From: Nitrospinaceae bacterium
GTDB taxonomy: Bacteria > Nitrospinota > Nitrospinia > Nitrospinales > Nitrospinaceae
Length of the DNA: 64,000 nt
Direction: 5' to 3'
Assembly: GCA_965223665.1 (NCBI GenBank)
Contig: OZ245011.1
Coordinates: 3,840,001 to 3,904,000, forward strand
The notes beneath the pieces are model-generated. The model saw only the letters and a program-made list of their open reading frames with translations. It ran no database searches and was not told where the DNA came from. Numbering within the stretch: the stretch's first letter is position 1; every line of letters begins with the position of its first letter. A program made the translations under genes and the position numbers. Below, piece after piece: positions 20,189 to 29,261 of this stretch.

Positions 20189-23116
20189 ATGAACCTTGAA
20201 GTGAATCAATCTCGACATGGGTTTAAACTTATTCGTAAAGAAACTGTAGAAGAAATTCAATCAGAAGCTCTTATTTTTAAACATGAGAAAAATGGAGCGG
20301 AGCTGATAATTTTAGAAAATGATGATGATAACAAGGTTTTCAGTGTCACTTTTCGAACCCCACCTAGCAATGATTTTGGAGTGCCTCATATTTTAGAACA
20401 TAGTGTGTTGTGCGGATCAAAAAAATACCCTGTTAAGGAACCCTTTGTTGAACTAATGAAAGGAAGTTTGCAAACATTTTTGAATGCAATGACCTTCCCG
20501 GATAAAACGATGTATCCCATCGCCAGTCGCAACCAGAAAGATTTTTTTAATTTAATGAGTGTGTATTTAGATGCGGTTTTTTATCCCAATATAACTAAAG
20601 AGACATTTATGCAAGAAGGTTGGCATTATGAGTTGGAAGATGTGGGCTCGGAGATGGTTTATAAAGGGGTTGTTTTTAACGAAATGAAAGGCGTTTTCTC
20701 CAGCCCGGAAGGAGTTTTAGACCGCCATCTTGCGCATTCATTGTTTCCAAATACTACTTATGGGTGTGAATCGGGTGGTGATCCAAAATCGATACCTAAT
20801 TTGACATTTGAGGAGTTCAAAGAATTTCATAAACAATATTATCATCCATCAAACAGTAGAATTTTTTTATATGGGGATGGAAACACGGAAGACTATTTAA
20901 AATTTTTAAATGATGAATATTTGAAAGATTTTGATAGCCAAGAAGTTAATTCTACAATCCAATTGCAAAAAAAATTCACAGATACTGAGCGTCAGGAAAT
21001 TTTTTATCCTGTATCTAAAGAAGAAACTTTAGAGAAAAAAACTTTTATTGTTCTGGGTTTGAAACTTGGGTCATCCACTGATAGTGAGCATTGTTTATCC
21101 ATGGAAATTTTAAGCCACATATTAATAGGAACCTCTGCTTCGCCATTGCGGAAAGCTTTGTTGGAGTCTGAATTGGGTTCAGAAGTCATTGGTGGAGGAT
21201 TCGATGATAATCGTTTAGAAACTATCTTTGCGGTGGGTTTAAAGGGAACAGAAAAGGAGCATGAAACAAAAATAATCGATTTAATTTTATCAACCTTACA
21301 GGGGTTAGTAGAAAACGGGATAGATAAAAACCAAATTAAATCTTCTGTAAATACCATTGATTTTAAATTACGGGAAGCCAATTTTGGCGGTTTTCCTAAA
21401 GGAATCGTTTATAACATTCATGCTCTGGGATCCTGGTTATATGAGGGTGATCCGTTGAGTCATCTTCGATACGAAGAATTAATGGCGAATATAAAAGTGC
21501 AAGCTGAGGAAAATTATTTTGAAGATTTAATCAGTAAGTTTATTTTAAATAATACTCATCGCAGTATTATTGTGCTTTCTCCCAAACCCGGTTTGGCAGA
21601 AGAAGAAGAGAGTGAAGCTAAAAATATCTTAAAAGGAATAAAAGACTCTTTAAGTAACCAGGAACTGGAAAATGTGGTTGAGGAAACCAAACGATTGCAA
21701 GCGCTGCAAATGGCGGTCGACCCCCCTGAAAAATTGGCAACTTTACCCAGGTTAGAATTGAACGATGTTAATAAGCAGGCTCCTTTATATCCTGGAGAAA
21801 TAAAGAAGGAAAACTCGCCAAAAATATTATTGCATGATTTGTTTACCAATAAAATTGCCTATACACAAATGTGTTTTAACGCTAGGCAGGTCCCTAAAGA
21901 TAAAATTCAATATTTACCTTTGCTGGGAAGATTGATTACAGGGATGGGAACGAATAAAAGGGATTATGTTGGCATGTCTCAACATATTGGTATTCATACG
22001 GGAGGAATAAGTTCTTCCCACTTTTCATCTGTGACTATGAAAGACCGGGATGAAATACTTTCCTTTGTTAATTTTAATGGCACGGCTCTAATGGAAAAAG
22101 CAGATGAATTGTTTGATATTTACTCTGAATTATTTTTAGAGAGAAACTTTGGGAATTATAAAAGGCTTCAAGAAATTATACGTAGTGCAAAAGCAAATAT
22201 GGAGGCCTCTATTGTTCCCAGTGGAAATCAATATGTTTTAACTCGCCTGCAGGCCTATCATTCGCAGATTGGTAGATATAATGAAATAACGGAAGGAATT
22301 ACTTTTTATTTATTTCTGGAGAACCTGCTTGAACGAGTTGAGAAAGATCCGGAAGAAGTGGCAAATTGTTTTAAGGAGGTTGCGGAATTAGTTTTCCGAG
22401 GTGAAAATCTTTTAGCCAATATTACTTGCGAAGGGAAAGATTACTCTCAGTTAGAGGAGAAAACTTTAAATCTTTCTAAAAATTTCCCAAATGGAAATTC
22501 AACCTCCCTTCCGTTTAAGTTTGATCCAATTCAAACGAATGAGGCTTTTATAACAGCAAGTACCGTCCAATATGTAGGTAAGGGTGCTAATCTTTTCGAT
22601 TTGGGTTACAAGTACTCTGGAAAATTTGAAGTATTAAAATCTGTTTTACGTACCGGTTACCTTTGGGAAAAGGTTCGTGTTCAAGGTGGTGCTTATGGCA
22701 GCATGATTGGTTTCGATTATTTTACCGGAGACTTGGGATTGGTATCGTATAGAGATCCAAATCTGATGGAGACTCTTAATATTTATGATGAGATTGCAGA
22801 TTTTTTGGAACAGTTAGAATTGGACCGGGATGAGTTAGAAAAAATCATTATTGGATGTGTCGGCCATCTGGATCCACCATTAACTGAAGATAGAAAAGGG
22901 TCCATTGCAAAAGTAGAATTTCTTACAGGCATTAATCAAGAGTTTAAACAAAAGAGATTGGAAGATTTATTGCAAACCCAATTAGAGGATATCAAAGGAT
23001 TTGCCCCATTATTTCGAGAAGTAAAAAAATCAGGAAAAGTTTGTGTGTTGGGCAATGAGGATAAAATAAAAAAGTCATCCGAACAGTTTGATGAGTTGGT
23101 GCAAATTTTTAAGTAG
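20189..23116 (+). CDS. M16C insulinase-family (PreP-like) metallopeptidase
   Basis: HILEH inverted zinc motif, LCGS.KYP, FLNAMT.PD and RVQGGAYG; 975 aa. Confidence 0.93.
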   Translation: MNLEVNQSRHGFKLIRKETVEEIQSEALIFKHEKNGAELIILENDDDNKVFSVTFRTPPSNDFGVPHILEHSVLCGSKKYPVKEPFVELMKGSLQTFLNAMTFPDKTMYPIASRNQKDFFNLMSVYLDAVFYPNITKETFMQEGWHYELEDVGSEMVYKGVVFNEMKGVFSSPEGVLDRHLAHSLFPNTTYGCESGGDPKSIPNLTFEEFKEFHKQYYHPSNSRIFLYGDGNTEDYLKFLNDEYLKDFDSQEVNSTIQLQKKFTDTERQEIFYPVSKEETLEKKTFIVLGLKLGSSTDSEHCLSMEILSHILIGTSASPLRKALLESELGSEVIGGGFDDNRLETIFAVGLKGTEKEHETKIIDLILSTLQGLVENGIDKNQIKSSVNTIDFKLREANFGGFPKGIVYNIHALGSWLYEGDPLSHLRYEELMANIKVQAEENYFEDLISKFILNNTHRSIIVLSPKPGLAEEEESEAKNILKGIKDSLSNQELENVVEETKRLQALQMAVDPPEKLATLPRLELNDVNKQAPLYPGEIKKENSPKILLHDLFTNKIAYTQMCFNARQVPKDKIQYLPLLGRLITGMGTNKRDYVGMSQHIGIHTGGISSSHFSSVTMKDRDEILSFVNFNGTALMEKADELFDIYSELFLERNFGNYKRLQEIIRSAKANMEASIVPSGNQYVLTRLQAYHSQIGRYNEITEGITFYLFLENLLERVEKDPEEVANCFKEVAELVFRGENLLANITCEGKDYSQLEEKTLNLSKNFPNGNSTSLPFKFDPIQTNEAFITASTVQYVGKGANLFDLGYKYSGKFEVLKSVLRTGYLWEKVRVQGGAYGSMIGFDYFTGDLGLVSYRDPNLMETLNIYDEIADFLEQLELDRDELEKIIIGCVGHLDPPLTEDRKGSIAKVEFLTGINQEFKQKRLEDLLQTQLEDIKGFAPLFREVKKSGKVCVLGNEDKIKKSSEQFDELVQIFK

Positions 23117-23221
23117 TCTATCTCCGCGCAAATCAATAAGTCTCAAATTTCAACTAGCCTTGCTTTTGGTAGCATGTTAACCTTTTATTATTCAATTTGT
23201 TAACAACTACCCTTTTTTTTT

Positions 23222-23920
23222 GTGATGAATGATAAGTTTGGGCTAAGGAAAAATTTTGTCCTTTTCTTGGGACTTGCCGTTTTAGATTTACTGATTTTAT
23301 TTATTATTTGGGAATTCTTTTTGAGGGAACCTGTATTATCTTCTTTAGTTGGAGAAAATGGTGCCTCTTCTTCTGCGAAAATAGTAAGTAGTCTTGCCGT
23401 ATTTGGCATTTCGATTTTAGCCTTGATTGGACCTGGCTATTTATTGGTTCAAAGTATATTGGAAGATTTTGACATTGCCCAAAAAGAAATAGAATCAACT
23501 TCTCGTCGTTATAAAGCCATAGTTGAGGCAACAAACGATTTAATTTTTCAAGTGGATTCCGAGGGAATAATCCTTTATGCAAATCCAGCTATTCGTTTAT
23601 TAGGTTATGAAAAATCAGATCTAATCGGAAAGAATATTTATGATGTTTTGTATATGGATGATAAACGCGAGGTAATTCCCAAGATTACTACCAAGCGTGT
23701 AGGGCATCGCGCTACTTTTAATTGTCCTGTTCAATTAATGACCAGCGAAAACTCTGTAATTTCCAATGAAATTCCAGCTATGGAATTTGTTATGGATGCA
23801 TGTGGAATTTGGGAAGAACCCGATGATATAGTGCAAACACAAGGAACTGAAAAGAAGTTTTTAGGTACCTTATGTATTGCCCGCCCGGTTGTAGATCGAG
23901 CTCTGATAGAGAATTTATAA
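23222..23920 (+). CDS. Two-TM protein with a single cytoplasmic PAS domain
   Basis: Two hydrophobic helices, then RYKAIVEATNDLIFQVDSEGIILYANPA..LGY..DLIG; no output domain. Confidence 0.75.
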   Translation: MMNDKFGLRKNFVLFLGLAVLDLLILFIIWEFFLREPVLSSLVGENGASSSAKIVSSLAVFGISILALIGPGYLLVQSILEDFDIAQKEIESTSRRYKAIVEATNDLIFQVDSEGIILYANPAIRLLGYEKSDLIGKNIYDVLYMDDKREVIPKITTKRVGHRATFNCPVQLMTSENSVISNEIPAMEFVMDACGIWEEPDDIVQTQGTEKKFLGTLCIARPVVDRALIENL

Positions 23921-23944
23921 ATAAGTCAATTTTTTATGAATATT

Positions 23945-24520
23945 TTATAGCAATGATTTTGCAACTCCAAACGCCTTTTTCATATCTGGTAATTGACCCA
24001 AATCAGACACGATTTCCAAATGTCTGATCATACCTTCTTTATCTAAAACCATTAATGCTCTAGTTAGCAATTTGCTTTCTTGAATCATTAGTCCGCTACT
24101 GTTTCCAAAAGCACCCTCCCGATAGTCTGAAAGAAACATTACATTTTCAATTTTGGCATTTTCAGCAAAGCGACTTTGAGCAAAGGGCAGGTCTCGACTA
24201 ATGGTTACCAGGCGAACGGTAGGGTCTAATCCTCCATTTTCTTCACTTAATATATGGGTTTGTTTTTCACATACCTTAGTATCTATAGATGGAACAACGC
24301 TAATAATAGTTACATTACCTTTTAAAGATTTAAAGGGAATTAATTTCATAGAAGAATCCGGTAAACTGATATTCGGAAGGGAATCACCTTTTTTTATTAA
24401 ACTCCCGGTTAGTGTTAGTGGTTTTCCGTGAAGCGTGACACTTACCTTGTTACCAGAAGCATTTTGAATAAGAAAAATTAAAATAGCGAAAATAATGGTT
24501 GAACCAGCTATTTTTTTCAT
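23945..24520 (-). CDS. tpx: Tpx-family thiol peroxidase with a signal peptide
   Basis: PSIDTKVC, ISRDLPFAQSRF and LSDYR; hydrophobic N-terminal leader. Confidence 0.85.
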   Translation of the reverse strand: MKKIAGSTIIFAILIFLIQNASGNKVSVTLHGKPLTLTGSLIKKGDSLPNISLPDSSMKLIPFKSLKGNVTIISVVPSIDTKVCEKQTHILSEENGGLDPTVRLVTISRDLPFAQSRFAENAKIENVMFLSDYREGAFGNSSGLMIQESKLLTRALMVLDKEGMIRHLEIVSDLGQLPDMKKAFGVAKSLL

Positions 24521-24596
24521 TTTAATCCTCGATCAATTTGTAGTGAAAAGCTCTAAATTTATTGTTAATTTCATTTTATGATAAAGAAACCAAAAA

Positions 24597-26984
24597 TCAA
24601 AATTCAACTATGGTAACACCATCACCGCCTTCGTGGCGTTCTCCCGGTCGAAAGTTTTTACCAATTCCTGTGCTTCCTAAATAATCTCGAACCATAGATT
24701 TAATTTTTCCCATTCCATGGCCATGCACTATAGTGATTTTTTTCAATTTGTTGACCACTGCTTGACTTAAAAATGCTTCTAGAATTCCCTGGGCTTCATC
24801 GACCCGCATTCCACGAAGATCACATGTTTGGTTGGGAGGGGTTTGAGTTTCTGTGTGAATATTTATTTCGTTTAAAGAGCTTTTGACTTGGTTTTCCGAT
24901 GATTTTTGTGAGTTACCAAATAACTGGTTAGCATCGATTAGAGTAGTTAATTTTCCTAGCAAAATACGGACTTTGGTTTTTCCATTGGGGTTCTCTAAAA
25001 GTTTACCGATAGCGTCATAAGATTTTACTAATACTTCATCGCCTTTTTTCAAACGGTCTACGGGTATATCCCAGCCTGTTGGTAAATTGGGTAGAACCTG
25101 TATAGATTGTTGTCCAATTTGATGAATTTGTTTTTCTGCTTTTTTTAATTGTTGAGTCCCTGGGTTTTCTTTGAGGGTTTGTAATAGATTTTTGATTTCT
25201 CGTTTAGCTTCGCGTACAAATGCTTGTACCTTTTTAGATTTTGTTTTTGCTAAGTCAGTCTCTTTTTCTCTTAAACTATCTGTGATTGTTTTTTGTTCCT
25301 CATAGAGTTTTTGAGTTTTTTTAACTTTTTCCTGTAAAGAATTTTCCCTTTCTTTTAAAGCGAGCATTTGAAGATTGAGTTTATTTAAAAGTTCTTCAGC
25401 ACGATGGTCAGTTTTATTATAGATAGATTGTGCTGTTGAAATTATTTTGGGATTCAATCCCAGCCTTTCGGCTGTTTCAATCGCCGCACTTTGTCCGGGC
25501 ACTCCAAATATTAGACGGTAAGTAGGTTTATGGGTAGTTGAATTAAATTCTGTGCAGGCATTCATAAATCCGGACTGAGTTTGGGCTAGAGTTTTTAAAG
25601 TTAAATAATGGGTAGAAACAAGAGTCACTAATCCTCGTTGTTTCATTTCCATTAAAATTGCTTCTGCTAATGCCGCTCCTTCTTGAGGATTGGTAGCAAC
25701 TCCTATTTCATCTAGTAAGATTAAAGCTCCATCCGGAGCATTATTAAGAAAATAATTTATTTTATTTAGATGCGCGGAGAAGGTAGAAAGCTGCAGTTGA
25801 ACACTTTGATTATCTCCAATATCCGCGAAAACTTCGGGGAAAAAGCTCATCTCTGAATTTTCTCCAACAGGTAGGAATAAACCAGCTCGCACCATAATAG
25901 ACATTAGTCCCACAGTTTTTAGGGTGACTGTTTTGCCCCCGGTATTAGGGCCTGATATAATTATTACTTTAATAGATTCGTCCCAGTGAATGTTATTGGG
26001 TACAACAGGTTGTCTGTCCAAAACTAATTCAGGATTTCGTGCCTGGATTAAATTCATGTTTCCCGACTCATGTAATCTTACATTGCGTCCTGCCATTAAC
26101 TCTGCCAAACGAGACTTTGCATTTAAAAGATCTAGTAATATAAGTTGCTCTTCATTTTGTGTTAGCGCGGATTGATTTGTTAAAATATCCTTTGCCAATT
26201 GGCTAAGTATTCTATTTTTCTCTTGTTCAACTTTCAGGCGAGAAATTTTTAATTGATTGTTTAAGGGCAGTAAGTTTGTGGGTTCCATGAAAAGAGTTTG
26301 TCCGCTGCCTGAACTGTCATGAACTATGCCTTCAAATCTAGACCGTGCTTCTGCCCTGACCGGAAATACAACTCGACCTTCTCTTTCCGTGTAATACATA
26401 TCTTGAAGAACATCAGAAGAGTGTTTGGAAAGTATTTTTTTAATTGCGTTTTCTAAACTTTGTTTGACTTTGAAATATTCGCGAATCGCTTCTTTCAATT
26501 CAGGAGAAGCATCTTCTTTTATTTCACCCTCTGGATCGATGCAACGTTCTAGCTCTTTTTTTAAAGAGGTTAGGGGATCAAGTTTTTCGCCATAACGTTT
26601 GAGTAATGATACTTCGGGATTTTTCTTTAAATAGCGATGTGTTTCTGAAACGATTTTTAAAAATTTTAAAACCGAAAGTCCATCATTGATTTCTATAAAG
26701 AAATGCTCTTTTGCAATTTGTAAAATTGGAGCTAATGGAGAAAACTTTTTTATGGGAAATGTTTCAGTAGACTGGTTCAGGTGAACCATTTCATTTGTTT
26801 CTTTTAACCAAAGTTGGGCGGTTTCAAAATCTTTGGTTGGCTTTAATGTTAAACAATGTTGGCGAGTTTCTTCAGCTTGTGCTAGAGAAGAAAGAGTTTT
26901 TCTAACACGATCCCAACCCACAAGGGTATATGAGATATGAGAATCTAGGGTGAGGTTGGCTGGGTTTTTAGGAGGGGTTTCCAT
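24597..26984 (-). CDS. mutS2: MutS2 ATPase with C-terminal Smr domain (start 26984 or 27005)
   Basis: GIVHDSSGSGQTLFMEP, SGPNTGGKT, LSTFSAH, and Smr DLRGMRVDEA..VHGHG..GGDGVT. Confidence 0.95.
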   Translation of the reverse strand: METPPKNPANLTLDSHISYTLVGWDRVRKTLSSLAQAEETRQHCLTLKPTKDFETAQLWLKETNEMVHLNQSTETFPIKKFSPLAPILQIAKEHFFIEINDGLSVLKFLKIVSETHRYLKKNPEVSLLKRYGEKLDPLTSLKKELERCIDPEGEIKEDASPELKEAIREYFKVKQSLENAIKKILSKHSSDVLQDMYYTEREGRVVFPVRAEARSRFEGIVHDSSGSGQTLFMEPTNLLPLNNQLKISRLKVEQEKNRILSQLAKDILTNQSALTQNEEQLILLDLLNAKSRLAELMAGRNVRLHESGNMNLIQARNPELVLDRQPVVPNNIHWDESIKVIIISGPNTGGKTVTLKTVGLMSIMVRAGLFLPVGENSEMSFFPEVFADIGDNQSVQLQLSTFSAHLNKINYFLNNAPDGALILLDEIGVATNPQEGAALAEAILMEMKQRGLVTLVSTHYLTLKTLAQTQSGFMNACTEFNSTTHKPTYRLIFGVPGQSAAIETAERLGLNPKIISTAQSIYNKTDHRAEELLNKLNLQMLALKERENSLQEKVKKTQKLYEEQKTITDSLREKETDLAKTKSKKVQAFVREAKREIKNLLQTLKENPGTQQLKKAEKQIHQIGQQSIQVLPNLPTGWDIPVDRLKKGDEVLVKSYDAIGKLLENPNGKTKVRILLGKLTTLIDANQLFGNSQKSSENQVKSSLNEINIHTETQTPPNQTCDLRGMRVDEAQGILEAFLSQAVVNKLKKITIVHGHGMGKIKSMVRDYLGSTGIGKNFRPGERHEGGDGVTIVEF

Positions 26985-28311
26985 GACGAAATGCAAATTG
27001 GACATCTTCTTCCAAAGAAACAGGAATTACAGCATCGTAGAGTAATTCTGGGTCCCGTCTGAGCTTATAGTGTGTTAATAAGACCTTTAGACTTTTTTTC
27101 ACTTTCCCTTTGAAACTGACAATCTTAGGTCCTTTTATAAACTTTTTGTTTTCCTCCTTCAACTCCTGGAAGGTAATAGTGATTGGTTCCTCAAAATTAA
27201 CCCTTTCTGCATCCAGGAAAATTTTAAATGCAAGGAGGTTTTTCCCTACCAATTCGAATAGATTGGATTCTTTATGCGTAGCAATAAGAGTGGCTATTTT
27301 CCCATCTTTAAGATTAACAGGTTCTCCTTCGGGTCCTGGAATTTGTAGTGCAGCCATTTTTTTTCCTTTAATCACTTGTGCCCAATGAACAGAGTCCAAA
27401 TGATTGGCCTCTCTTACTAATCTAATAATATTGGGATGGGGTTGCCGGCTTATTGATTTCATCCATTTAATTAAATCTGGAACCTCTGATTCAGGCAAAA
27501 AATGTCCTCCGTGTCCTTGGCCTTTTTCTTTATGTTCCCTGTAAGTTAAAGGATATTTCATATCATTTAAAATTTTACTTATTCTCCGGCTATAAGTTAT
27601 TGGGAACATCGGATCATAAAAACCCTGGATACTATAAAGAGGGGTATTTCCTAAATTGACTAGAAAATGCATATAGCGTTCTGTTACTGCTCCAGCAATT
27701 GGAACTATTCCTGAAAAATAATCTGGATAAAACATTCCCATCATATAGGCCCCAATGGCTCCATTAGAAAGGCCTATTAGAATAATACGGTTTGGATCTA
27801 CCGGGTATTTTTGCTTAACTTTTTGGATGACATTAAATACTAAATCTTCTGCTCGAAAGGACCACCAAGCTCCCCCGGGATAACTAGGGCAAACAATAAT
27901 GAAATCATCTCCCAAACGTTCCATCCATTTTTGCAGCGTGAATCTACCACTACCTCCCATCCCATGTAAAATTACGACTAATGGTAATGGTTTGGAGGAA
28001 TTCTCAAACTTGGGAGAATAAAGTGAATAAGTATAATTGTTTTTATTTAGATTAATTTTTTGGGTTAAATGTTGACCTGGGAGACCCTTATGATCTGTGG
28101 AGAGAGATCGTAAATATGTTTTTGCAATATCATTTGTTAAGTTATGGGCTTTGAGGTTGGCCAATGCTTTTTGTTCTTCCAGAGGATCCTGGGTACTAAG
28201 AAATAAATCAATATCGACTTTAGCATTGTAAGGAGGATCTTTGGGATTTTGCGATTGTCCAGCGCATCCCCAAAATAGGAATAAGAGAAGGATTGGAAGA
28301 TGTTTTTTCAT
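26968..28311 (-). CDS. Lipoprotein alpha/beta hydrolase (esterase/peptidase-like)
   Basis: Lipobox FWGC after a basic-hydrophobic leader; LHGMGG, nucleophile GLSNG, candidate Asp (YDP) and His (GGHF). Confidence 0.75.
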   Translation of the reverse strand: MKKHLPILLLFLFWGCAGQSQNPKDPPYNAKVDIDLFLSTQDPLEEQKALANLKAHNLTNDIAKTYLRSLSTDHKGLPGQHLTQKINLNKNNYTYSLYSPKFENSSKPLPLVVILHGMGGSGRFTLQKWMERLGDDFIIVCPSYPGGAWWSFRAEDLVFNVIQKVKQKYPVDPNRIILIGLSNGAIGAYMMGMFYPDYFSGIVPIAGAVTERYMHFLVNLGNTPLYSIQGFYDPMFPITYSRRISKILNDMKYPLTYREHKEKGQGHGGHFLPESEVPDLIKWMKSISRQPHPNIIRLVREANHLDSVHWAQVIKGKKMAALQIPGPEGEPVNLKDGKIATLIATHKESNLFELVGKNLLAFKIFLDAERVNFEEPITITFQELKEENKKFIKGPKIVSFKGKVKKSLKVLLTHYKLRRDPELLYDAVIPVSLEEDVQFAFRHGNPS

Positions 28312-28478
28312 GTTCCCATCATTACATGAAATAAACTGCAAGTAAAGATTAGCCTAAATAAATTATCGCAAAAAGAGTTTGATTTTTATGTCCTTTTATA
28401 GGTAACATTCGAAAGAAAGTTCATACCGTATTTATCCTCGTTTTATTCTTAAAACCTTTAACAATTTTCAAAAAAATC

Positions 28479-29252
28479 ATGGAATCGACCCTTACAACTA
28501 TTGAAAAAACCAAAAAAATAAACCCAGGAACTATTCGATTGGGAGAAGCGCGGCTATCCGGGGATGCGCCCTCCACTTATAAACAAATTTTTCGTTGTAA
28601 AAAACATAATTTTGAGTACCTGGGGCAAGTTCGAGTGGAAGTAACCCCACCTTCCGTCCAAGTGGAATTATTCAATAGTAATTTTTATGATCAATTTGAA
28701 ACTGATGCAGAGAAAGTTAAGGGCGCTTTAGAAGATCGATTGTTTTTAGATATTTTGAAACAGGAAAACTTTTCTTTACCTCATAGGGAAGTCATTGATG
28801 GATATATAAAAGAAAAAAAAACAAATGATGAAAGTGAATCAATCCCTGAAGATTTACCGGTTGATGAGAGAGATTTAGAATTTTTGAAACAAGGATTAAA
28901 TCAAGATTATTTTAGCGGAAAATTGGATGTAAATATTGAGTGGGGTAAAAAAGTAAACACCACCAACCGACGTTCGATTAAATTTGGTTCATTTGAGGAA
29001 AAGAAAAACTTAATACGAATTCATCCTAGATTGAAACAGGATTTTGTTCCCCTAGAGGTTTTAAAGTTAACGATATATCATGAGATGTGCCACAAATTTT
29101 TGCCCCCGGTAAAACGAAATGGAAAATGGGAAGCTCATCACAAAGATTTTAAAAAGAAAGAACGTGAGTTTTCCCAATACCGACAAGCGATTCAGTGGGA
29201 AAAGAAAAACTGGGCGAAATTATTAAAACCCATGCAGGAAGTCGAAAATTAA
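28479..29252 (+). CDS. Protein with a C-terminal SprT-like zinc metallopeptidase domain
   Basis: LNQDYF, IRIHP.L, YHEMCH (HExxH) and a downstream H..F. Confidence 0.65.
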   Translation: MESTLTTIEKTKKINPGTIRLGEARLSGDAPSTYKQIFRCKKHNFEYLGQVRVEVTPPSVQVELFNSNFYDQFETDAEKVKGALEDRLFLDILKQENFSLPHREVIDGYIKEKKTNDESESIPEDLPVDERDLEFLKQGLNQDYFSGKLDVNIEWGKKVNTTNRRSIKFGSFEEKKNLIRIHPRLKQDFVPLEVLKLTIYHEMCHKFLPPVKRNGKWEAHHKDFKKKEREFSQYRQAIQWEKKNWAKLLKPMQEVEN

Positions 29253-29261
29253 AGATTTATT

